DNA from: Camelus ferus
Lineage: Eukaryota
Reading direction: 5' to 3'
DNA: 64,000 bases
NCBI RefSeq assembly: GCF_009834535.1
Contig: NC_045696.1
Location: 17,734,001 to 17,798,000 of the forward strand
The notes under the pieces are model-generated. The model was not told where the DNA came from, made no database searches, and saw nothing but the letters and a program-made list of their open reading frames with translations. The position numbers and the translations under genes are program-made. Below, one piece after another: positions 39,090 to 50,356 of this stretch (position 1 is the first letter of the stretch; every line of letters begins with the position of its first letter).

Positions 39090-39320
39090 ACATTTATAAT
39101 TTATAATTAACACTTGCTGACAGCACTTTTTAAGTTCTTCGAGAGTCTCTTCACTTTTAAACCTCGCAAAATCCACGCTGCAGATAGAGAGATTGAGACT
39201 TACGGAGATTAAATGACTTTCTCAGCATATCACAACAGTTTTGTGTTGGAATTTGGTCTTGGAGGAACATCTAACTTACTCAAAAGCTTGGGGTTTTCTG
39301 CCTCCTTGGCTCATAAACTT
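39090..39320 (-). mobile_element. MIR fragment
   Basis: TGCAGATAGAGAGATTGAGACTTACGGAGATTAAATGACTT. Confidence 0.55.
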
Positions 39321-40107
39321 TCTCAGCTCTTCTTCCTAACAAAACATTCTCTCAAAGCCAGGATAGCTCTGGTATCAAACTGCAGTGCAATGTCAATGGT
39401 GTATTGTTTTATAGTTTTTAACACTATATCAGTATAACTTTTATACTTTATAACAATGTTATATTGTATAACAAAGTCCTTGGAAGAAAAAAAGGTATAC
39501 AATGTTTCACATGGGGTCAGTAAAAGAATTTTTTTTTTTTTGCAGATAGTTCTACTATGTGAGATGATCTTCTTAATCTAGACAGAAAACAACAACAACA
39601 ACAAAAAACTGCTGGCTCTGCTGACAAATAAAGAATTTTACATTTTCTATGGAAATTGTCTTCTTTATGCAAGCACATTTCCCTGATGTATAAAGTCTAT
39701 TTTTGCAATAGTTTCTTTTATAACTTACCATATCTAATTTGTCTGATGTCATGCCCTCAATTTGCAGGAATATAAACAGGTTTCTTCAGTAGAAACCTGT
39801 TTATATATATTTGGATAGTAGCTGAAATATATAATGTTTAGCTCTGATATTATTATGTGATTTTAAAAACTTGCCCTAAAATGTTCAATGCAGAAAAGTC
39901 TGGAAAACTTTGCAAGTTTGAAAAACTACATATGTGTGTCATCTGCAAACATTTGCCCCCTTACACCTTTGAAATTTATTATTTTATCTAAATTCCCTTA
40001 TTACTAATTTTATCTTGTTAGTAATTTATTTATGAATTTTAAAATGTTTATCTTACTCTAATGTTATATATCTACACATATATAAATATGTGTGCATATA
40101 CAGAGAA

Positions 40108-40130
40108 TGTGTGTGTGTGTGTGTGTGTGT
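40108..40130. repeat. (TG)n microsatellite
   Basis: Read directly from the sequence. Confidence 0.95.
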
Positions 40131-43100
40131 ATACAGTTTAAGGAACAAATAACTTATTTCTGGAATCCACTGGTTGTGCCCCAATCCAGGCATAACCATT
40201 TTCCTGAGGAAACCATCCTGATTTTTGTGATAATTATTCCCTTGTTTTTCTTTTCATTTTATTATTTACTCCTAAACAATATTGCCTAATCAATGCACCT
40301 AATGACTGGGAAATAAATCATTTTGTACATCACATATTTCCAGTTCTTTGTCTTCAATGTAATTCAAAGAAATGATTAATTTGTCCAGGGGATTACCATT
40401 ATGGATAATTTTTCATAATAGAGCATTGCATGATATTTGATATATTGTTGAGTGGCAATGCACAGTCAAATTCATTCCATTCATATGCAGTTATTTACAG
40501 TAAACAAATTTTCTCAAAATTGAAATTAGGAATAGATTCAGTGCTGGTGCCTGTCATAAGAGCAATAATTAATAACCAGACAAGGCTAAATGAACTATTG
40601 ACAATTAAGACACATTTACTTTTATAAGTGATACACATTTCCTTTACTTTAAAATTAGTAATATATTTATGTTAGGTTAATAGCCTATAATAATAACTAA
40701 AACAATATCTCAAACCAGGATAATGTTTTTAATACCTAAAATCTTACGGTGACAAAAATAAAAAATGATAAAATTTTAATTCAGATACATATACATAGCA
40801 AGTAAACAGAATCATTATTAAAATAACTACAGTTATTAAAATTCTTTGAAAGAAGTAGGATGGAAATGTAAGCTCAAGAAGAAAAAAGATCCATGTAAAA
40901 TTTCCAACTTTCAAAAAGATCTTTTTAATCTACTTGAAAATTGGTTTGGGTGGGTTTTGTTTTTTTTTTTTTTTTGATACAAGTTGGCATTTTTGTTTCT
41001 TGATATAAATAAATAGTGTGAACATTTTTATTTTTTAAAGTCACTGTTTACAGTATGCTACAGTAGTAACTTTTTTGCAACTTTTTAAACTTGGAGTAGT
41101 TCATTTTAAATATCACGTTAAAATGTGCAAGAAAGTTCATGGTTCTGAAAAAATATTAAGGAGGATATGTAAGCATAAGACCTACAGATCTAATCACATA
41201 GAACAGACACTTAGAAGTAAAAATCCTGTTTTCAAAATAATCTGTTGCCATTTTTTATTTTAATATTGCTGCTTTGAAATTTCAGAAAAGTCTTTCTCAC
41301 ATCTTAAGTTTAACTCGTTAAAAGTCTTATCAAGTTTGGCTTGAATGGAAGTCAGTTTCTTCCGTCATTTCTAGTCAAAATGGAAACAACCTCTTGGACA
41401 TTTAGCTTGGTCCTCTTTCATATTCCTGAACCTTCTCAAGTTACTTGCAGATTTCTTTATCTGCTCTCTATTCTTGCCTTTTCCAAGTAATTAGCATCTC
41501 TCATACAATGGCCAAGCTGGGAAAGATGACAAAAATACAGTTACAGTTACAGCTATTGAGGGCTGAACAAGCAAGCGGACCCTTGATTTGAGCTGAAGTT
41601 CTGTGAAGACGCCCCCTTCAATGTTCCAGCCCCTCCTCCACCCAACTTCCTAGTATCTCCTCCCCTCAAACCTGCCAGCACAAGGGAATGTTCTTTCTCA
41701 ACTGTGCAGCTGTGGAAGCTCATCATCCCATGGGTCCTTTTAGACCAACATCAACAGAATTCAGCAGGTCCATAGATCTCAGCAGGTCCAACCCCTTATG
41801 AAGCAAAATCTCAGGCTTTGCTCCAAGCATCAAGCAGAGGCAAGCCTTCTGGACTGTCACAGAAGCCTGGAGTTCCATATGGTGCTAGGAAGAAAAGATT
41901 ATGATATCTGCAATCCATAATGAGATTCCTACACAACCTCATGTCAGTGACAAACCAAATGGGTTCTGATGGTTGTATCACTTTAACTACTAAGTTAGTG
42001 GTGAGGATAAATTATGGGTACCTGCTCAAGTCTCTGTGTAACTTCTTAGGATAACTATACCTAAACTTAAAAAGAAATATAGAATGTTTCTCAATTCCTT
42101 TTATAAAGGAAAGTAATATACATTTGTTACCCAAATTGTTAAAAGATCACATAAAAGTTAAAACTACCAATTTAACTCTGAATTGAGACAGAAAGTCTCA
42201 CTGAAGTATTAGAAAATCAACTGCAGTAAAGTATTGAAAAAGCAGAACACCAGCCAAAACAAAGATTTTATTGTGCAATTGGAATCACACAAATCAAAGT
42301 CTGTGTCCTGTAGCAAGCTTTACAAACAACTATGAGGTTACAAGCCAAATATGTAGAAAAAAGGCAACCCACTGGCTCCACAAATTGTCCCTTCTCAAGT
42401 TCAACACATGTTGTTATCTGGTCCAGAGTAAATGAGGTATTTAAATGAGGATGGTAGGTCACTTCACCCAGGAGAGAGCTTTAAGGTATTAAACATCTGT
42501 TTTTTTACCCCAGATAATTATTCTTCAAGGAGTCATGTTTCATAAATTCATGTATTATAGGTTTGTTTATCATAAACAATGCAAGAAAAGAAAATCATTG
42601 CTCAAAGCATTTCACAGATAAGAATATTCTCTTAGCAACCTTCATATTAGTCTGTTTATTTGTCCAGAGGCTCAGTTATCATTTTTGTACGACTATCAGA
42701 CTGGAAAACTTGCCTTCTTTCTTTCCTTCCCAAGAGCACCCAGCCTATAGTAATTGGAGAAGAAATGGTTAACAGACCATCTGTTTAAGCGCCTTCTTTT
42801 CCAGTTCACCCTCTGATGTCAGTAAATACCTTATTGCCTATATCACCTTTCAATATTTGACTTGGATCATTTTTATGCAATTCCTTACACTAAGAATTAC
42901 CCTACCAAATTCTCAGTGACCACCAAGATACGGACCATCCAATAGGGGAAGAAAAATTTCCTCTACAGTGCATTTGGCCAACATAATGTGTTTTCCCAGG
43001 TCTATATTCTTTAACAACTCAGTTGCTCCTTTTTCTCTATCATTCACTGTTATTTAGACTATTTGATTAGTCTTAATGAAGACATTTAATTGAATGTACA

Positions 43101-43399
43101 ATTTTCTCTAAGGCTAAATCGTTTTTTCTTCCACAGCCAATTGGTTTTGGGAGCTTTGACTCAGCCTTTCAAAATATTTTCTCATACTGGAAAATTACTA
43201 CTTAGAAACAAATGAACTTGCAAATGTTTTGTTACAACATAGAGCTATGGAAGAGATATTATAGTTTGACATAGCAGACATCAATTTAAATTGCTGTAAA
43301 ATCCCCAAAGAAATTACATTTTCTTATGCTCCATATAGTACTAGTGATTAAGTTAGTAAAAATAGACCTTTATGTTTACACAGTCCAGGTAATTAAGGT

Positions 43400-44690
43400 A
43401 GTGGCTATAGACCATTGTCCAGTAAACTCTAGGTTCCGTCTGCTATGTGAATGTGATAAATAATTTGACTTTTGGTGTTTGATCCGAAAGATTTTCAATC
43501 CCATCTCTCTCTCTTCCCATTTTGTCCCACACCTGGAACATTTATAGGGAAGTGTGAGTGCTCTATTAACAAGGAATGTCAAATAATGCAAACTGCTATG
43601 TGGAAACCCTTATCCTGGCTGCATCCTGTAACCACAATCCACAGACACTAAGTTATTGGAGATGTCTTCAGTGAAAAAAGGATGAGGTATGGGCTTTATA
43701 ACAAGCTCCCGTAGGGTATATATGCCACGCAGGGCTCTAGCATTCTGAAGCAAAGCCATGTTATCAGCAGAACAATGTATTATTTGAAAAATATTCCCTT
43801 CTTTGATGCTGGTCTTAGCAAAGATAAATGGCTTGACCATGGTACTTATAATCATCAAGTACCTGGAACTGCCAATCCTGAATTGGCGTCTGTTGGATAT
43901 AACAAGTTAAGAAGTTGAGCAGATTCAGCTGCAAACCATTGGAAGTTGAAGATTATACTTTCAGGGCCGAGAAAAAGCACCACCAGTAGGTAGGTCTAGG
44001 TAGCCTAAAAATCCAGAAGGACTGGGTTAGAAGTGGATGGATAGGTGTCAGTGGGCAGAAAGTGTTAGAATCTGTGTCTTGCATATTAACCCCACCAGAA
44101 AATGTGAAATAATTAGTTAGCAAGTTGATGTTAGCAAGTTTTTATCAACAGCACGTGCACTGCTGCCATGATAGGCATACAAATGAGGAAGTCACACTTG
44201 CCCAAGTTAAGTTATGCATGAAACCAATAGCCTGCATTCACACTTATCAAGGCCTATCCAGCTACTGCCAGCTTGAATTTCCAAATTTCCTACACGAAGA
44301 ACGAGTCTGAGTTCCTGATATGGCCTTATTCTTCCAGTAAATCAATTGAATATTTGGTGGCAATTTGCCTACATTGGTCTCCTTTTATTCTGGAAGGAAT
44401 AATGGTTTATTTTCCCAAAAATAAACACATTCTTCAGGTTAGTATTTGCTTTTCTTTCCACAAGGTTCAGGCAGCACCACTATCTAGGGACTTATGGTTT
44501 ATTAAGTGCATATATCACAACAGAGTCTTCAGCCAGGGAACTGACTTACCATGAAGTGTGGGAGTAGACTCGTGACCGTAGGCACTATTTACTGTTGCAT
44601 TAAAACACGCTCCACAGAAACTGCTGGCCTGATAGTGTGTTGGAATGACAAGACGAAAATGCAGCTGATTCAGACAACCTGCTTTATCTC
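43400..44690 (+). mobile_element. Decayed ERVL-class pol (RT connection/RNase H region and integrase)
   Basis: ALAF*SKAMLSA (~43735; cf. PLGFWSKAMPSA). WWQFAYIGLLLFWKE*WFIFPKINTFFRLVFAF from 44355 (cf. ERVL integrase WWQVDYIGPLPSWKGQRFVLTGIDTYSGYGFAF). ETAGLIVCWND (~44617; cf. EAAGLIERWNG). Many stops and frameshifts. Confidence 0.88.
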
Positions 44691-45339
44691 GCAGGAGGGA
44701 ATCCGAGTGTTTAAATTACTTGTGATGGGATGACTCTCTGCCCTGTGTGTATGATTGTCTACATGGCGCATGCCGTCAATTTCTATTTCAGCATGCTCTT
44801 AAATATACTTTTTCAACTTACAAGTTACTCCATGTATTGTGTTTGTGTTCCAATCTGAGTAGCTACTTTTTTTTGCATCATGAACGGTGGCCATACTGTG
44901 TCCTTATAATCATCTGATGTCCTGTGTTAGTAGGAACAGTTGTGACCAATCAGGTAGCAATTTGTCTTTCAGATGAGTTTTAATGGGCAGCTAGCTGCCT
45001 CGGGTTCTTTCAGGTCCCAAATTTGAGAAGCCTTCACTTAATCACATTTGCTCTCTGCCAAAGAATCATGTTTGCGCACCTCTTTTACAGGTACTTCTAA
45101 TATTATCTGAGCAGCTGATGATGACTGTAAGATTAGGGTGGCATGCATCACTGTACATCTCATTTATGCTGAGGGACCCACTCAAATTCAGATTTTGCTT
45201 TGACTTTAAAAAGTCAGCCCTTTGTCTTAGTAGAATATTAATTGTTTTGTACATATTAAACATTAAAAATTAAACAAAATTATTTTTTGACCAACACCCA
45301 CAATTCCATTCTCTCTTCCAAGTAGCTGCTTTAGTAAGT

Positions 45340-45342
<3 letters not shown>

Positions 45343-45375
<33 letters not shown>

Positions 45376-45386
45376 TATGTGTGTGT
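45343..45386. repeat. (GT)n microsatellite
   Basis: Read directly from the sequence. Confidence 0.95.
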
Positions 45387-45842
45387 TTCACTTTGGTGAG
45401 AAGTGGCAAATTATTAAGAAGAAGTCTAACAAATTAAATTTGGAGGAAATAGGATTTGAATAGAAAAAACTATAATTTTGGTTTAAAGCAGAAACCATTC
45501 CTGCAGAGATTCACATCAAAAGATACTATATTCAATAAAAGTTTAAAATTTAAATATTCTGGCTAAAATTTCAAATAATTATCTACTGGAATCAAAGAGT
45601 GTCCTGGAATTGGCTAAATGCTCATAGTTCATAAAGGGAGTAGGAATCAGAGGCCATAGAAGGATTTCATGGGACAGGAAAAGAGGAAGCTCTATGAAAA
45701 TTAAACATATTTCCAAAAAGAAGTGTTTTTATAAGTAAGTTAGTTAACTGGTTTTCCAAACCTTCTCTCTGATATCTTGCTTCATAATGTTTACAGCTTC
45801 AGCCTGAAGACAAAAATGAATTAAAAAAAAAAAAAAGTAACA

Positions 45843-46020
45843 GGGAGAAGGTATAGCTTAGTGGTACAGTGCATGCTTAGCATGCACGAGGTCCTGGGTT
45901 CAATCCCCAGTGCCTCCATCAAAAATAAATAAATAAACCAAGTTATATCCCCTCCCCCCCAAACAAACAAAACATAAATAAATAAATAAACAAAAACTAT
46001 TAAAAAATTAAATAAATCAA
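45843..46020 (+). mobile_element. Camelid tRNA-Ala-derived SINE (vic-1 type)
   Basis: Head GGTATAGCTTAGTGGTACAGTGCATGCTTAGCATGCACGAGGTCCTGGGTTCAATCCCCAGTGCCTCCA resembles tRNA-Ala(AGC) with A and B boxes. It is followed by AAATAAATAAA, a C-rich patch and an A-rich tail. Confidence 0.9.
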
Positions 46021-48202
46021 TAACTAGGTCACAACCACACACTCACAAAATTTTTAAAAAGCTTAGCTATGAAGTATGAAGTACTCTTTTGTTTTTTTAG
46101 AATCTGTATCTTTAGTTACCCTGTTTCTCTTCTGAATTTCTTTTGTTTGTATTTATATTAAGATGTGTATTTTCTATCTTTAAATTCATGAGAAATATTA
46201 TTGAAAAATCAAAGTAAGTCTTAAAGAAGTGGTTTATTACCCCTAAGGAGTTTTACTGTATATTCTATTATGTGATTAGCTAAATATGCTTCAGTATTGT
46301 TTCCTGGTAAATGCTGTGGAATAGCTTGAAAAATGTTTTCAAAATTCTGATGCACAATGAAACAAACTAGAAAATCCTACCTGTTAACTGTATGAAAGAA
46401 AATACTCTGAATAGGGTCTCAGGAATATTGTCCTGACACTCACTATGTATATGTGCACTTCGAATGACTAGATAAAATCTTTGATTGCTACAACACTCAA
46501 AAAAAATTTTTAAAGTTCTTATTGAAAAAGACTGAAGCTGTGTTGATTTGTCAAATTAATTTGCTAGGTGGCCTTTTCCCCATACAAGCTTTCTTTTCTA
46601 GGACAGATTTAGTTGTTTGTAACCCAGCTGACCTGAAAATTGAAGTGAATTATTTATAAAAGCTGATATATTTTGAATATTCATTTTAGACAAATTTATC
46701 TAAAAAAAAATAGAAAATGTAAAGTGTTACAAGTACAAAACAATGCAAACTACTCTAATAAGAAACAATTTCACAGAATCTGTTTCAGTGAATAAAGGGA
46801 AATGGAAAAGATAACATCTTTTGTAGAGAGAAAACTTAGCGGCATTTTCTGCTTGTAGGCAAGAAATCAAACGCCATATTGTTTTTCATCGCCATCTTAA
46901 AAGCAATGACATTAAACAAATATAGTAGCAAAACCTCTGCTTCTTGTAATAAAAGCTTTCTTCAAAAATAGACTTATTGGGAGAGCTTAAAGTAAATTCA
47001 AAGATACGTCTATACAAATTCAATTTTTTACACCTTTTTTCTTTCAAAAGCAGGCAATGTTAAATCAGCTTTCACGAAGAGTGAACATGATACATCCTTT
47101 TGGAACATCTTTTTGAAAAAATAGTATGTTAATATAGTAGTGAAAGCAAGTAAAATATTGAGAGAACCCTCCAGTCATTTGCATAACACTGGTTTCCACA
47201 CACATGCAAGATCTGATAGAAAAGTGTAATTTACCTCCTGCCCGTCTATCATTATATTTCTCATCAACACTTTCATAGAAATGGAGATATTTGATTACAT
47301 TCTATTGTGTTTTAGAAGTAGGAGAGAATATTAGTGCAATAAAGGAACAAAATGAACTTGCGTTCCTGGTTTATTGTGCATAAAACTGACCTCACGTGGT
47401 TATCAATAAAATCATAGGTTAAAGCTGATGTTCTTTGTTAAATTGGACTTTTTCAAGTATAATAGTTAACTTACACTAAAAGTCTAATACATTCATTTCT
47501 TCAGACTCATCTGAAAATTTTTTTTTTGTAAATCGATTATGACGACTAAATCTACTTTCAAGTAGTTTCCTGGGTTTATTAAATAGAGTGTTGTCCAATT
47601 CATGTTGATGAAAGTAAACTTGGTCTTTGATATCTCTTTATAATATTTGGGATGTCTAAAATAACTTTAGCTGGTTATAAGTGATGTGAATTTTAATCTG
47701 GAAATGGGGACATAGATGTGTGCACAGAAAACACAATATTTTTAATGACAAATGTTGATGGCATTTGCACATAAAACTTAATTTGGTTTTCCTCTTGATG
47801 TTTTAAATATAGCTTTTCAACTATAAGTTTCTGCTTGTTTATTCACATTTCTATTTATGTGATGGAATATCTGATTTTTCATAACTTCTTAGTACTGACC
47901 TTCAATAAAAAACAATGTTTGAGTTCCCTTCCTCAGTCATTAATTTAACTATATGTAGGGGGTAAAATATGACATTGGGTTTCCTATCCAGAAGTTGTAA
48001 TATTCCAGGTTATGTCTAAGAATAAAGTCTTCTAGATTGTCAATAGGTCAGAATCACGTTCTAATTTATTTATATTTTTCTGCAAGTCATTATGTGTTTA
48101 TCAGAATTAAAAAGAGTAAATAAAGTGCTTACTACATTCGAGGGCCTTCTGAGTTCTTATAATACTTATAGTCACTTCATATACCCAGTAATACTTACTC
48201 TG

Positions 48203-48648
48203 TGTATTAGATGCCCAAGGCTGCCATAACAAAGTACCTCAGACTAGCTGGCTTAAAATAACAGACCTTTATTCTCACAGTGCTGGAAGTTAGAAGTCTG
48301 AAATAAAGTTTAAGCAAAGTCATGCTACCTCTGAAGCTCTGGGTAGAATTCTTCCTTTCCTCTTCCTGGCTGTTGGCCAAGGTCATCAATCCTTGGTTGT
48401 CCATGATTTGAGACACATCAATCCAGTCTCTGCCTCAGTCACCAGATGGTGCTCCTCCTCTGTCTCTTCATGTGATATTTTCCTCTTCTTATAAGGACAC
48501 CATATATATTGGATTAAGGCCCATCTTAATTCATCTTAAATTGATGACATCTACAAAGATTCTATTTCCAAAGAAGGTTACATTCACAGATACTGGGAAT
48601 TAGGGTGTGGACAAATCTTTTCAGGGGATCACAATTTAATTCACAACA
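48203..48648 (-). mobile_element. MLT1C-like (MaLR) solo LTR adjoining a MIR (48649-48820)
   Basis: TGTATTAG...GGCTGCCATAACAAAGTACC...TTTATTCTCACAG...CTTATAAGGACACC...TTCACAACA. Confidence 0.9.
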
Positions 48649-49010
48649 CCTTACGAGGTAGACATTAGTTTTATTTTCATTTGACAATAGAAAGAAATGA
48701 ACTTCCCAAGAGAGTGACAATTTACCTTAGGTCACCCCACTAGTAAATGGACAATTGATATTGGAATGAAGGTGGTCTGGTTTGTCAATCCATGCTCTAA
48801 CCACCACACACTAGTATCTCTTTTTACATAGAATAAAGTGTTTTATAAACTGTTTGACTTCTAGAAGTATTCAACAAATGTTAGTTTTTTCTTCTCCACT
48901 TTATTCTAATTTCTTTTTCTTTTTCTTTCCATAATATTCCAAGCTCTTTAACCTTCTTCTTTCATGTAATAAAGAGTAGGGGCAGGTACAATCTTCAATA
49001 GAACACTTTA

Positions 49011-49171
49011 TTTAAAAAAAAATATTGAAGTATAGTTGATTTACAATGTTAGTTTCATGTGTACAGCAAAGTGATTCAGTTATACATATATGCTTTTTTA
49101 TCAGATTCTTTCCATTATATAGTACAAGAAATTGAACACAGCTCCCTGTGCTATACAGTAGGTCCTGTAGG
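49011..49171 (-). mobile_element. Very short 5'-truncated lineage-specific L1 (3' UTR tip)
   Basis: ATTGAAGTATAGTTGATTTACAATG...CCCTGTGCTATACAGTAGGTCC. 12-bp TSD TAGAACACTTTA (48999-49010) / TAGAACAATTTA (49172-49183). Confidence 0.9.
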
Positions 49172-49647
49172 TAGAACAATTTAATCTGCACATTACACTC
49201 AGCTTTAATACTATGTGTAACATTAGTAAGCATCCCACATTTTATTTACCTGCATTCATATTCTCTGACATTTCAATTAAGCCTTTGCTATTTTATCTTA
49301 ATTCTTCTGCTTCTGGATTTTCAAAATTGCTTTTTTAGGTAATACAATTATATAGTTACTCCTCCCATAGTAATCAGCCATCTCTTGACAAAATAAGTGT
49401 ACATTTCTTATTGATTATGATGTTATATGTTTTATTTCATAGAGGAGCATACATCATCCAGTCATAAAAACAGAGAAAAAATTCAGAGGTTAAAACTATA
49501 AATTTAAATGGAGGTCTTAAAAGATTCTCTATCTGTGGTCACACTAAAGATCACAATATGATTGTGATGTGATTACAATCTTTTATTTCATTGGCATTGT
49601 TGTTATTTCCTTGTAGATCTTATGAAAAGGAAAAGAACAAATGACTG

Positions 49648-50356
49648 CGTAGTAAAGAATTTAGACTTTGTCCCAGAGAGTTCTGGTCTTTGTCCTGGTT
49701 CCTCAGAGGTAATCTCCAAACACATGAAGTTCCCTGAGTGACAGGAGTGTCTTTATTCTTCCTGGTGAGCCCCCTGAACCACAGCTGGTGCTTGATAACA
49801 AGATAGTTGAGGGTGGGTAAGGCCACACCCAATAGTCTTAGGGCAGGGGCTCTTCTTGCAGAAAGAACAACCATGTGTTTAAAGGGTGGAGGCTTTCTGT
49901 TACATGAAGTCAGTTGATCTCCAGATCTAGTTTAACCACTTGAGCAACTAATTAATCAATCTTGCCTATGTAATGAAACTCCAGTAAAAACAATGGACAC
50001 CAAGACTTGAGTGAACTCCCTTGGTTGGCAAGTTCTACGCATGTTCTCACATATCATGGTCAGGAGTAAGTGATGCTCTCTGTGACCACGCAAGGAAAGG
50101 ACTCCTGGGAGCTCCATCTTTGGGCTTCCCCCAGATTCTACCTTATGGGTCTCTTCCTTTGACTGGTTCTAATTGGAATCCTTCTTCTGTAATAAATGTG
50201 ACACTGAGGATACTAGATTACAGTGAGGTCTCTGAGTCTTTCCAGTAAATTTTCGAACTTGGATAGTTAGGGAAACTCTTGAACTTGCCATTAGTGTCAG
50301 AACTCTTGGGGACCAGGACTGTGCCTTTCGCCTGTAGTTTTGAATTCCAGGTAACA
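49648..50356 (+). mobile_element. MER77/MER21-group (ERVL) LTR
   Basis: GTAGTAAAGAATTT...GAGGTAATCTC...GGAGTGTCTTT...GGACACCAAG...GGTTGGCAA...CTGTAATAAA. Confidence 0.85.

Noticed and set aside
45847..45917. tRNA-Ala(AGC) gene
   Set aside because: It is the head of a SINE: stem mismatches, an A-rich SINE tail and no oligo-T terminator.
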